DNA from: Eledone cirrhosa
Lineage: Eukaryota
Direction: 5' to 3'
Assembly: GCA_964016885.1 (NCBI GenBank)
Contig: OZ024750.1
Location: 11,036,001 to 11,100,000, forward strand
DNA length: 64,000 nucleotides
Below, piece by piece: positions 41,159 through 54,735 of the stretch (the stretch's first letter is position 1; every line of letters begins with the position of its first letter). Made by a program: the position numbers and the translations under genes. The notes under the pieces were generated by a model. The model ran no database searches. It was not told the DNA's origin and worked only from the letters and a program-made list of their open reading frames with translations.

Positions 41159-41598
41159 TACGATATTAACAAATGGAAACTATATTTATAAAACCATATT
41201 TATTTCATTATACATATTTCAAGGACACCAAGTTAAATTATGGTGTGCTTTCATCAGATAAAATATAATATAGAGCAGTTTTATAAATAAATATTGACAT
41301 ACCCTTAAAGAATGCAACCATTAGTGTTGGAAGCTCCCAACAGTAATGGTTGCATTCTTTAAGGGTATGTCAATATTTATTTATAAAACTGCTCTATATT
41401 ATATTTTATCTGATGAAAGCACACCATAATTTAACTTGGTGTCCTTGAAATATGTATAATGAAATAAATATGGTTTTATAAATATAGTTTCCATTTGTTA
41501 ATATCGTATTTTTACTCCAATTATTTGTTGAGTGCTTTATATCAGTTATAAAAAATATTTGCTTGTTGCATCCCAACAATTTAAATAGAACTTTTACA
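41159..41598. mobile_element. 350 bp palindrome with an HHR on each strand plus 90 nt tail
   Basis: 41159-41508 is self-complementary with two mismatched pairs near the AGCT centre. CTGATGA-aag-c-acacca..tggtgt-c-ctt-GAAA-tat-GTA at 41410-41456, mirrored at 41211-41257. Confidence 0.88.
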
Positions 41599-42434
41599 TA
41601 TATATATATGTATACAAACACACACACACACACACAATATATATATATATGTATACAAACACACAAACACAATATATAATATATATATATGTCTGTATAC
41701 GTATAAGCAGCAAATTCCTATATTCATGTAGCGAAAATATGTTTTCTATCTATATTAATATATCATGAAAGGATTTACTTCACCTGACATTAATATCAAA
41801 CATATTGTCAAATCTCTTACTTTCGTTTTTTCATCGAAATAGCATATGTAAATGACGAAGGCAAATTGGATGTGAAAAGCAACGTTTTATACTCGGATTT
41901 TCATGAAATATTTAAACAAACATTAACAGGCATATGCAAGACATTTCTAATCTGTCAAGGTGAATTAAACATTAATATTATTAAAACCAATGATGGATGA
42001 ACGGGATGAGAATGATGGTGACAATGATGAAGATATTTACAGAGAAATAATTTTCTTCAACATCATCATCACCATCATTGCTATAATCAACATAAAGCGG
42101 ACATATACATGATCCAAATTTGATACATAAAAGAAACAACACCTCATTATCAATATTCATGACTTTATTCTATTCAGTTACCACCCATTAATATATCACA
42201 ACCCACACAGCTTATGTTCTATATAAATATCACACGGCACTAAATCACATTACATAACTCTAACACATCATATACGAAATACAAACAATGTTCCTTAGAA
42301 TACAAAGGGATATATTATACATACTCTGTTCAACAGATGTAATAGTACAAACCAAATGTAGCACTAATATAATATCAGAAAAGAGAAACCAAACTGATAA
42401 ATAAAGAAGTAATACATGAAAGGAACTGATTGAT

Positions 42435-42828
42435 TTCTTCTGGCAAACTTTCAAGCGATTGACTCTAGTAACCTACTAAAATCTCCGGCCTGACAGTGCT
42501 ACTTGTGTGCATTGCCGATTCGAGAAAAAACACACTTCAAGCGCAGAGGAAGGGAGGTACGTGCCGGTTTGAATGCGAGCAAAATGATTAATTTTAAAGG
42601 ATTGGGCTGAACTTGACTCAGGCGTGTGCTCAAAATAGGCTCCTTCACTTGAGCTGTTCTCGTTATATTTATCCAACTTTTAAGAAATGTAAAGGTGTGT
42701 GGGCAGCACCTTACTTTCCAAGTGGAACTTGAGAAAGTCGATGAGAGCTTGTGCCAAGAGGAAAATGTTTGTCTTCAGTTCTTTCAATCAGGTTCACCCC
42801 ACATCCTTCGCAACAGCCACCACACAGG
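42435..42828. pseudogene. decayed L1/Tx1-like ORF2 C-terminal fragments in opposite orientations
   Basis: Plus strand KSPA*QCYLCALPIREK (zf-RVT-region-like); minus strand [34 protein letters not shown]. Assignment from recall. Confidence 0.45.
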
Positions 42829-42890
42829 TAAATGTATGTATATATAAATGTATATATATACGTGTGTGAGTGTGCCTGCACACACACGCA

Positions 42891-42959
<69 letters not shown>

Positions 42960-42966
<7 letters not shown>

Positions 42967-43227
42967 GTGAGGTTTTTTTACAAAATGAAAAATAACCGAG
43001 GTGTCCTACACGAGTGAAAGTATAAAGAAAAAAAGATGAAATCGAAAATGCAACTGGAGTCTTATTCTTAAAAATATATATATATTTATTTGGTTCCTTT
43101 ACCGGTTTCGCAGTTCTTCTGCTTTTCAAAAGTAGAGTTGAGATGGAGGGTCTGTGGTTTCTCTATCTCTCTCTCTATATATATATATGGAGAAAAACCA
43201 CAGACCTTCCATCTCAACTCTACTTTT
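42960..43227 (-). mobile_element. PLE-like terminus with decayed HHR (43097-43133) and inverted 37 bp arm
   Basis: Minus strand ctt-TTGAAAA-GCAG-aagaa-CTGC-GAAA-ccg-GTA-aag. IR 43128-43164 / 43191-43227. Ends in (TA)n. Confidence 0.7.
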
Positions 43228-43329
43228 ATATATTGTATATTGATAGATATATACATATAAACGCTACGACAGTTTTGTATAGTTAGATAATTAATTTATT
43301 AAATTACAAATATATATACACATACACAC

Positions 43330-43399
<70 letters not shown>

Positions 43400-43424
43400 T
43401 ACATATATACACACACATATATAT

Positions 43425-43751
43425 ACTAGGCCTGAAAAATGCGCAAGCTCAAAAGAGCCACAGAATGTTATAATAAACTTTCAAAAGTGTGGGACTGGAG
43501 TTGCTGCTCAAAAATATTGTAATCATTATCCATTGTACACTCTGTGGCATCCTTTTATAAAAAAGAGACTCATAACGAACTCAAGACGACACGATAATTA
43601 TTTAAGCTAATATTCAATATCTCATATTAGATGTTTAGTAATGATTAATACGAAATGCACTTAAACGGAATTCTATATTATAAATTCACTTAAATAATTA
43701 TCGTATAACATTCTGTGGCTCTTTTGGGCTTGCGCATTTTTCAGGTCTAGT
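43425..43751. mobile_element. MITE-like element with 48 bp TIRs
   Basis: ACTAGGCCTGAAAAATGCGCAAGCTCAAAAGAGCCACAGAATGTTATA and its near-perfect reverse complement at 43704-43751; no clear TSD. Confidence 0.75.
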
Positions 43752-44294
43752 TTCATATGTTTTTAAGGCAACGCTTGTAATAGCTCTAGTTAAACATGAT
43801 ATGTATTAATAATAAATTATCGTTGTAATGTAATTAGATTATATAATTGTTATTTTATAAATGAACTTATAAATATTATTGTAAGATGTATAAAAATATT
43901 TTCAGACTTTTAATAGTTAATATAAATTTTAAAAATCATATATAAATTAACAATATAACTTACCAAAACGAGAAAAATATTTTGATGATAAAACGACGAA
44001 ATACTGAAGGAAGATTCGAAAGCGAAACGATAAATAAACGTGGAAACAAAGTGGCGGATACTTTTGAGTAACAATTGCTCTCGTTGGTTGATTAGCCAAT
44101 AAGACGATGAAATTAGCCAATAAGACGATACATTACAAATGATGTTTGGGAGGATCACCACGGCCAGCGATACCCCTTGAAACTTTTATTCACAAGCTAC
44201 GCATCACATCGCATCAAGAAAAATCAAACAAACGCATGTATGTCAGATACGCAGACTTAAAACATTCTGTTGTTAGTCACTGCGTAGCTAACAG

Positions 44295-44295
<1 letters not shown>

Positions 44296-44371
<76 letters not shown>

Positions 44372-44759
44372 CACATATACACATAGATATATATACACAT
44401 ACACACATAGATATATATATACACATACACATAGATATATATATATACACATACACATAGATATATATACACATATATATACACACACATATATACACAT
44501 ACATATATACACATACACATATATATATACACATACATATAGATATATATATACACATACATATACACACATACATATATATATATATATACACACATAT
44601 ATATATACACATATATATATACACACAGATATATATACACATATATATATACACATAGATATATATACACCTAGATATATATATACACATATGTATATAA
44701 ACATACATAATATATATATATATATACACATATAAATATATACACATACATATATATAT

Positions 44760-44815
<56 letters not shown>

Positions 44816-44830
44816 GAGAGTGTGTGTGTA
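44296..44830. repeat. (CA)/(TA) compound microsatellite
   Basis: Direct observation. Confidence 0.95.
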
Positions 44831-45242
44831 TTAGAGAGGGAGAAACAGAGAGGGGGGGCGATAAATAAATGTCTGTGTGCGTGTGTTTATGTACAGATGT
44901 GTACTTTGTGTGTTCTATATTACAATTTATCTTTTGGGTATTCCGTACATCTTGACAAATCTCTCCATTATAAATTATTTCCATGCTATAAATTGTACGA
45001 GGTAATTTGCCTTGGTGCCATATTTTATATTTGCTGCAAACGTTGCAAACATTTACACTTATTTTTCTCTTAATATGTTTAAATTCATTTAATAAATATT
45101 TTTCAAGTGAAACTATGATAAATTGCTTTACACGTGAGTTTAGAAATGACGTTGAAGTTAATCAACAAATGTGGAACTGATAATGGATTATAATGTTGTT
45201 AATATTCCTGGTAGCACTAATAATACTTGTTATATATATATA

Positions 45243-45430
45243 TAATTGTTTCTACTTTAGGCACAATGCCAGCAATTACCCAGTACATTACTGGTACTTT
45301 ATTTTATCGACCCCGTAAGGATGAAAGGCAAAGTTAACCTCGGCGGGATTTGAACTCAGATTGTAAAGGGACGTAACTATGCTAGAAAGCATGGCGTCCA
45401 ACCCTCTACCGATACTGCCAATTCACCGCC
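45243..45430 (-). mobile_element. SINE S1
   Basis: Full-length reverse copy. Confidence 0.92.
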
Positions 45431-45469
45431 ATGGTAGTACTAATAATAATATTAATTCATGTTAAATAT

Positions 45470-46020
45470 AATGGCCCTTTACGTTCTGAGTTCAAATCCG
45501 CCGAGGTTAAATTTGCCTTTCATCCTTACTGGGTCGATAAAAAAAGCACCAGGTCCTGTGCCAAAAGTAGAAACATCAATATCATTATTAAAAGGGCGTT
45601 GGATTGGCAGCATAGAGTTCCGACCCTTTTCGGTCTGAGTTCAAATCCCGCCGAGGTTAACTTTGCCTTTCATCCTTAGGGGGTCGATAAAATAAAGTAC
45701 CAGTCACGCACTGGGGTCGATTTAATCGACTTTCCCCGCCCCCAAAATTGCTGGCCTTGTGCCTATAAAAGAAACCATTATTATTAGATTAGAAGGGTGG
45801 TGGATTGACAGTATCGGTAGAGAGTTGGACACCATGCTTTGCAGAATAGAGTTACGTCCCTTTTCTGTCTGAGTTCAAATCCCGCCGAAGTTAGTTTTGC
45901 CTTCCATCCTTACGGGGTCGATAAAATAAAGTACCAGTAATGCACTGGGGTCGATTTCATCGACTTACTCCTCTCCCAAAATATTGTTGGCCTTGTGCCT
46001 AAATCAGAAACTATCATTGT
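45470..46020 (+). mobile_element. three tandem SINE S1 copies
   Basis: About 45470-45580 (partial), 45594-45785 and 45794-46020. Confidence 0.9.
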
Positions 46021-46668
46021 TATTATTGTTAAAATTAGTGTTGTTATTGTGTTTGTTGTTGTTGATGATGATTCTGTTTTTGTTGTTCTATATTTGTTGT
46101 TTTATATTTCAGACAGTGGTCCCCTTTGCCTTTGTAAAATGTTTTTTATTCAACTGTTTCTAATATTTGTCTTCGTGAGGAAAGCTTCATGAATACTATA
46201 ATTAAGATTCAATAAATTGTTTTACAAAGAAAGTGAGCTATCCTTGGGTGCAACAGAAACATTTAAAAAAATAAAATACGTTTTTAGTCAAACATATAGT
46301 GGTAAAAGTATTACACAGTCCACTTGCAGAATGGAACAGCCAAATCTGTCTTAGTACGAGAGTGGATATCCACTACTTGGTCGATGAACATAATTTCCTA
46401 AATTTAATTGAAAACAACTTTATTGTCATTAAAAACAAAACCGCGAGCTGCTACAAAAAGAAAACAAAAAAAAACAAATTTGTATTTTAAACACAAAATG
46501 CCAATTTGTTTGTTTATTAGCTGTGACAACGACATCCTCACCGCCACTATGAACACCATCAACACTGTTTCCAAAACAAATATCACAGAAAAGAATATAA
46601 CTACAACAGCGACGGCAATATTAATGTAAAAGTAGGTTCCTCAGAAATAGAAACAATAACAACAGAAT

Positions 46669-46854
46669 TAATTGTTTCTACTTTAGGCACAAGGCCAGCA
46701 ATTACCCAGTGCATTACTGGTACTTTATTTTATCGACCCCGTAAGGATGAAAGGCAAAGTCAACCTCGGCGGGATTTGAACTCAGATCGTAAAGGGACGT
46801 AACTATGCTGGAAAGCATGGCGTCCGACCCTCTACCGATACTGCCAATCCACCG
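46669..46854 (-). mobile_element. SINE S1, young copy
   Basis: TSD CAACAGAATTAAT; nearly identical to 34252-34436. Confidence 0.95.
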
Positions 46855-46884
46855 CAACAGAATTAATGAACACAACCATAAGGA

Positions 46885-47340
46885 TATGGTCCGAACATGG
46901 AAGAGCCGAACTTCCACTCACATCGCCTCCATCTCTCTCACCCTCCCCCATCTCTCTGTATGGTGAGCAAATGGGGTCCCACGTGCTGGCCTCCCCACAG
47001 CCCCGGCCGACAGAATGGAGAAGGCGTTTCCCCGGAGGATGGTAAGGGAGATACGCTGGAAGAGTCATTCCATCTCGCGAAGCTCAAACCTGCAGCTGGC
47101 CAGCTCAGCACCTATGGTGGTGAATAGGGAGGTAGCCCTAGAGCCAAGGACACCAGAAGTCTCCACTGCCAAGGGCAAGACCGCAAACTTGTCGGAGAGT
47201 GACCGGTACTTGGAGAGTTTGCCCTTCTCAGCCCGACGTGCAGCAGAACCTGGGTTCGTCCACAGACTGCACCAGGTTGCGGCTGGAGAAAGTGTCGCTG
47301 CAAGTGGCATCCCAGACGAGTGGTTTGCCACCGCGGAAAT
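46885..47340 (-). pseudogene. CRE-clade non-LTR retrotransposon 3' end (RLE domain)
   Basis: FRGGKPLVWDATCSDT, frameshift, AARRAEKGKLSKYRSL..PLAVETSGVLG..REME*LFQRISLTILRGNAFSI. Confidence 0.85.
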
Positions 47341-48117
47341 ATTAGGGCACAGATTCAGCATACGTAAAACCAATTATAATAACTTCTGTGGTTCAACTGT
47401 TGAAATTTTGAATCAGTTTTCCCAGATTTCCTACCAACCTTATGCCCACTGCTAAGTATGCGATCGATACTTCATTGGTATGACTAATTCTATTCTGTAA
47501 ACGGAGACCTTAAGATTTTGCATCGTTGATGCACACACATACTTAGAGAAGCTCGAGTACAAATTCATGTACAAATATTAATTGAAATACGAAACATCCT
47601 CTAATAAAAATTATGAATGTGCAACACATATATACATACACCTCTGTCCCACACACACCTATCTATCTATCGATATATATATTATATATACACGCAAACA
47701 TATATACCCGCTACACACATAGGTATGTGTGTATGTGTGTGTGTGTGTGCGGAGTGTGCGCGGTGTGTGTGTGCATGCGTGATGGTACGTGTATGTTTCT
47801 TTATTTTTTTTACCATTTACCTCCTGGTTGGTCACACACTTTGGGCTATTTTCTTTATTAAATAATTACAAGGTGTTGACAGGTGAATATACGTTTCACT
47901 GATCGCGAGAGTCAATTTAATAACCGCTGTGTATACCAATTACAAATATCCTTTCTATGTTGCCTGGAGAAACGGTAAATATGCAGGAAATCATGTTTAA
48001 ATGGCAGAAGCTGTGTATCTGTATTACATACACATATCACATCGCAATCAAATTTGGAAAACTTCATAACATACGAACAACTTATCTATATTTCACTATA
48101 TTTATGAAATCACAATG

Positions 48118-48435
48118 TACAGCAGGCAGCAATTGACAGTCGATAGAACGCTTTGCAAGTTTTCTTTCCGGCCCTCTGAGTTCAAATCCCGCGGAGGTAA
48201 ACTTTACTTTTCATCCATTCGAGATCGATAAAAATACTACCAGTTTAGTACTGGGGTCGATTCTTCCTCTATATGCTTTTCATACTTCCATTCTCTCACT
48301 CTCCTTTTCTGGAATAAATCTACTGTAGTCAGACCTGGAGAGGATTGGGCTCTACCAGGTTTTAAAATTCCCTAGAAACTCCTTATGTCAATACAGTGCC
48401 CCCTAATACTCCCTCGGGTGTTATGGGTTCATACA
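48118..48435 (+). mobile_element. SINE S2
   Basis: B box GAGTTCAAATCC, core and S2 tail. Confidence 0.75.
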
Positions 48436-49842
48436 TGCAATGTACAGCAGAATATAAATATGAACTAGGCATCAGATTCTTTTTTTTCTAATGGTATTTA
48501 GTGACTATTTTTAGGATTCACTTTCGTCCGCAATATCCAGTTTCATATATTTATTTAGTATTTTATCAGATCTAGTTACATTACTATAAGTGTAATATGT
48601 GAAGTATAGATCATTGTATCAAGAAGATTTTACAATATAAAATTGTTATATTTTGTCTACAAGAGAAATGTACTTACATCGTAACTATGTCTTTGGTGAG
48701 CAGATGCGATTCATTTACGAATTTATAGGAGACAGTTCATCGTTCATTACATTTTATCAGCTAGAATGGATTTGCTGCAGCAGAAGAAATCTCACCTCAA
48801 TATAGATCAAGCTAACCTCTGACAGAAGACATTTTATGAATGCGTACAATAGATTGATGGATATTATTAGCCTACAGACAAAGCAATGTGTTAAGTCTTC
48901 TACCATAGTATATATATATATGTTTCTATTAGTACTATATATATGTTGTTTTTATATACTAAGTAAGTTTTATGTTCATTGATCTAGATATTGTATCGTA
49001 ATTGATATTCAATGATATTACTGTTAAGAAAGGAAATGGTGGTTGTTGTGGTTGTTGTTGTCGTCAACACATCATATTTGATTGTGCCAAACCACGATGA
49101 AAATCATTGCAGTTTTCACTATAGCATCGTTTTACATAGAAACAACACAGAAAAAGAAGACGAATCTATTTGTCTGGGTTCTCTTTTCTTTAGGATTTCA
49201 GAAAATAGCACATATATTTGTTAATAGTCTCTCATATTTTAAAGTTGTTATCATATGATGTAGCTGTTGTTTATCTTTAGAGCTGTTTGTTGATTTTGAT
49301 ATTATTTTAACATGTTTTCATAGAGTTGTTTTAAGATTAATGTTAAATGAAACTATTTGCCAGCTTTCTCTTTTTCAAAAGTTTCACTTATTCTTTAGGT
49401 GGGATTATTTCTGTTGGACTTGACGATGACGTATGTGGTTTTGAAGTAATATTCGTAAGTAACTGTTTCTTTTGCGTATATAATAAACGTTTGAAATGTA
49501 TTGATTGAGTGTGTATCGCTTTGTGTTAATTATATATGTTTAAAGTAAAATGTGTGTATATTGGCATCATCTCTTACGAAGGTTCATGAGGTGCTGAGGG
49601 ATGAGAGAGCATGCTCTGTACTAGCGGTGTGTTAATTGAGTTTCGTGAGAAGATGATAATTTAGTAAATGTATATAATGGTTTTACAGTTAATTTGAATG
49701 CATTCTCTCTCGAGTTTACATTACTCACTGAATATCGTTTATGCTATGCAAAGGATTTATAATACTACATATACATACATGTATGTAAGAGAGAAAGAGA
49801 GTTAGTGAGTGAGTGAGTATATATATATATATATATATACAC

Positions 49843-49879
<37 letters not shown>

Positions 49880-49919
49880 TATATATATACACATTATATA
49901 TATATATATATACACATTT

Positions 49920-50033
<114 letters not shown>

Positions 50034-50242
50034 TATATTATATATATATTTATAAATTAATGTTTTTTTCTATTGGACTTTTAATTCCAGGCCTGCCTAA
50101 TAATGAGGTAGCTATTTTTTTTATAAATCTTTCAGTTCCAGAAATGAGACATAGTCCATAATAAGTGTTATACTGAAGTATGGTTATTTCTTCTTTATTT
50201 CCTATTATGTGATTACAATATTTCGATCGTTTCTTTACGGAG

Positions 50243-50362
50243 TGAGTTCAAATCCCGCCGAGGTTAACTCTGCCTTTCATCTTTACGGGGGTCGATAAAA
50301 TAAAGTACCTGTAATGCACTAAGTAATTGCTGGTCATGTGCCAAAAGTAGTAGAAACAATTA
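50243..50362 (+). mobile_element. SINE S1, 5' truncated
   Basis: Flanking direct repeat ATTTCGATCGT. Confidence 0.9.
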
Positions 50363-52162
50363 TTTCGATCGTGTCTGTGTATCTAACGTCCGGTACTATT
50401 AGGTTTATATTTGATGTTTAAATTCATGGCCTAAGTATTATATATGACTTCATTGCAATCATAGGGTATTTTGTTTTCTTTTACGTCTTGGTTTTATTTA
50501 TATAAGTGAATATAATTCACTTTTTTTGCTTCAAAATTCCCACCATTTAATTGTTTCCATATTTCATGTTTCCGAATGTGAAATTTTGTTATTAATCTGT
50601 ATATTCTACTCGTCTAACAGCTGTGCTAGCCATGGGGAAACATTTTTTCACTTCCGAAATATTCTATACTAACCTATTCTATCCAGTATATTCAGTCGCC
50701 ATTAACACGGTGGGATTGTTTAAAATAAATATGCCTGATATTTCCAGCAGGTAAGACCTGCGTTTGAAACAGAACAGTGTACATATCCAAAACACAGGGG
50801 TATTATATTGTTAATTAAATTCACCGAATTCACGAAGGTTCCAGATCCTTTCGCCGAAACTACTTAGAGCTTCAGGTCATATTTTAAACCCATGACGCAA
50901 TTTTATCGTTCTCTTTAATTGTTCAATGGTGTATCTTTTTAACATTCAAGTCTTCTCCAAAGAATCTCAGCATTATATTTCAGCTGAATGATTACTTATT
51001 CGCACTGTTTCTAATTTAACTTTGTGCATTTCAGTTTTTTAAATGTTTTACAATTCATTTCTCTTTGCTTGAAATGTTGTATTCTTTTCTCTTAAATTTC
51101 CTTTCATTTAATATTTGATTTCCAAAGTCAGAATCTTTATATTTCTTTAAGTACACGCGCGTGCAAATTCATGTGGTTTCAAAAATGTTCCATTATTTAC
51201 GAAGTTCAAGTTTATATTACTTTGCTTCCTATTTCAATTTCTATAGTCATTGTTTAAAGTATTTTAGTATTTTTTAAATGTCGTTCTAGATCCATTTTCT
51301 TTTTATTTTGAGATCGTCATCAATTTGAAATCTTTTTTGGTAATTCTATCGAATATTTTGCTTTTATATTGGTTGTCCTGTTCTATACATGAGGTATTTA
51401 AAATCATTTATTTGTTTCTATTTTGTTACATAGTCATTAACGTCATCATTTCATTAGCTAGTATCATGAATTTTGTATCATTGCTTTTGTGATACTTTGT
51501 AGATTCGTAACTTCATGAAAAACTCTTTAACATATTTCGACGACATTTAATAGAACAGATTTTCTAAAGTATTTTAAATGAAATATCTAAATACAACATG
51601 TTATATCTTCTACCACACCTTAATTATTATTCATGAGAAAAATTAAACGTTTATCTAGTTCCATGTTTACAAATTTAAGATGTAACATTTATCAGGAATT
51701 TTTATTACATAAATCGAGATTGATAATTCGAATAAAGTATGAGGTTATATATTCATATTTATTGCCAGTATATTATAAAGTTTTGATAACCGTTAAATGT
51801 TGAGGGTGTCTGTTATGAAAAGAAAGGTTTAACTATAAAAGAATATTATGCTCCTTAAATTCTCTTCCATTGCGATGCTTTCTACCTGTGGTTGATTAAA
51901 ATATATACACAAATGGGGGTGAAATATTATCAATCATCATCACGACCAGATTACTAAAGAATTAAACATTAATACTGGATAGTGCAATCCAACGTGACAG
52001 ATAGTAAAGGACGCTTAAACTAATACAGAATAATATGAGGTGCTTACTGCGTTGGTGAGTCACTAATTTTAATGAGGAAAATAATTTAAGTTAATATTTC
52101 CAGCAATATGTCTTAAACAGAGCCGCAATTTAGCGAAATTACTCAAGCATACTCATAGCGGT

Positions 52163-52458
52163 ATGAGTTCAATCCCGCCGACGTTAACCTTGCCTTTCAT
52201 CCTTACGGGGTCGATAAAATAAACCACCAGTAATGTACTGGGGTCGATTTAATCAACTTTCCCCTCCTCCAAAATTGCTGGACTTGTGCCTATAGTAGAA
52301 ATCATTATTATTATTTTGTATTGCACCAGTGATATAAATAATTGTTTCTACTTCTGGTACTTTATTTTATCGACCCCGTAAGGATGAAAGGCAAAGTTAG
52401 CCTCGGCGGGTTTTGAACTCAGAACATAAAGTCAAATCCCACCGTGGTTAACTTTGCC
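52163..52458. mobile_element. tail-to-tail SINE S1 pair (+ 52163-52312, - 52337-52430) plus fragment
   Basis: Core matches in opposite orientations, about 25 nt apart. Confidence 0.88.
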
Positions 52459-54535
52459 AGTGAAATAAATACCGCCTCATAGTTGTATGTATAACAATGG
52501 ATTATAACCCGAAAGGATATAGAGAACCTAATATAAATTTTCATAAATGTTAAATACCTATATTCACTTACATATCGATCTGGTATCGCAACTAATCACT
52601 TTTCTTAGGTGTTAAAATACAATCTGTCTTGATTGTGATAGATATCCTGTCAGAAGATAAATGTGGCATTCATGTGAAAGAATCATATTTATTAATAATT
52701 CGTTCCACTATTGTATATATGTTGCGGAATGGAGCATCAATGTCTCTGTACAAACAGCTAATCAATCCTCAATTAGAAAATATTGCGTGAATAAAAAAAA
52801 CTGTTCCATTCGAAATACTTAAAGTATAAACTAATGGAATAAAATGTAATAACTTCAGACACACTGCATATATTTGATGTGATTCTAAATATGATACAAA
52901 CGTATACGTAATTCTGTTAACTTATCTTCAAATAAATAATAGATATTTCAGCAAATATCTAGGTGTCAAATATAAGGCAGCAGATAATTATAGTTCATTT
53001 ATTTCACAGTAAACTCTCCACCTCTAAGTGGCAAGTTTACATAACTTCCCTGATTCACGACTTCAATTGTTGTTTATCACTCCACAAAACTGAATAGACA
53101 TGTGAACACTGACATACACACAGAGAGATACACGCACACACACACATTCCCACATACAGATACACACAGACACACACACTCCCACATACAAACACATATG
53201 TGTGTATGTATGTATCCATATCCAGGGAAATGGCATACGCGTGGAGTGTGTATGTATGTTATACTATATAAATCTCATTCTGTTTCATCTATTTTTATGT
53301 ATTTATATGCTAACTCTCCGAAGACTTTCCGACTCATATATATTATCACCAATACATATTTCTGTTCATGTGATTGTGTGTATGTGTGGCTGTTACTTCA
53401 AGTATATAAAATTTCGTGTTTTGGGGGAGTTTTTATTTGAGACGCGCACCTCCCTAGGCTTAGTCTAACTTTTACAACGTTGCATCTCGTAGATGTTTTC
53501 TACGGTGTTTCATTGATAGGGCCCATGTTTCACGTGGCCCTGATTTATGGTTTTAACAAACGAAACAAAACTGAAACAAATACAATGATGAATATTGTGC
53601 GACAATCTTCCAATTTTGCCAATCTATCAACTGGATTGGTATTCAATTTTCTACTTCTAAATGAAGAAACGCAGAATAAGCTCAATTTGAACTCAAATCG
53701 CAGAAAACCCAATCAAATCACGTGAGGTATCTATTTGATGCTCTTATGGCTCTAGAAATTGTGTCGCTCTTCCGGTCTGTTTATTCTAAATAATTTTATA
53801 TCTTCTTTAGCCGTAATTTATTATATTTTAGTCCAACTATATTTTTGAAGACACTGTTTACATAAATATATTATATCAATGGGTTCTTTTACAGCTCATT
53901 AAATAAATGTTCAATTATTTCTAACAACCTATGGCATACATCTCTACACGTGCTCTGAATGTGTCGTGTCAGAGGTTTACTTCGAGCTATTTATTGCTTA
54001 TAACAGCAATTAAGTAAAAAATACGATTTTACTCATGAATTGTTCTAAAATTCTCCGTAGGCTTATTAGTTTTCAAATCAATCTTCTTGGTGCCTCGAAC
54101 GCGTGAATTCTAAACGACAACAATGTAATCATAATAAACACAGTTAAATGCAGTTCTTTTTCTTAGACATGCTCAATGTTTCTTTAAGTAAATTCTAAAA
54201 GCAATAGCATTATGTACCGAAAAATATGTAAAGAAATTACATGAATATCTCCCTAGAAAGAATAATTTGATCAATATATAGAAGATGTGAAATGACAGGT
54301 TTTTAAAATTGTATCCAGGAATAAAGCGCAAGCATCAGTCTTTGAAATATATATTGCTTTATTTTTGTATAGTTTTACAGTTGTCATGATCTTTTGTTAT
54401 GATGACTATAAGAATAATGAGGTTGTTGATGGTTTTAATTAGAGGATAGAAGGTTCTAAAATATACCCTCACTGAATCAGAGTATACTTATGCTGCTTAT
54501 AATATATAAAATACATTGCGAAGTGTTAAATTAAT

Positions 54536-54735
54536 GTGGATGGCGAAGACGCCGATGACGAACATGATGCTACTGCTGCTGCATATGATGAAGACGTTAA
54601 TGATGATAAAGGTAGTGATGGTGATATGATTATGATAAAGGTAGTGATGATGATGATGATGAAGGTAATGATGGTGAAGGTAGTGATGATGATGATGAAC
54701 AATGATGATGATGATATAACAATGATAATGATAAA
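54536..54735. repeat. degenerate (GAT)n
   Basis: Direct observation. Confidence 0.85.
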
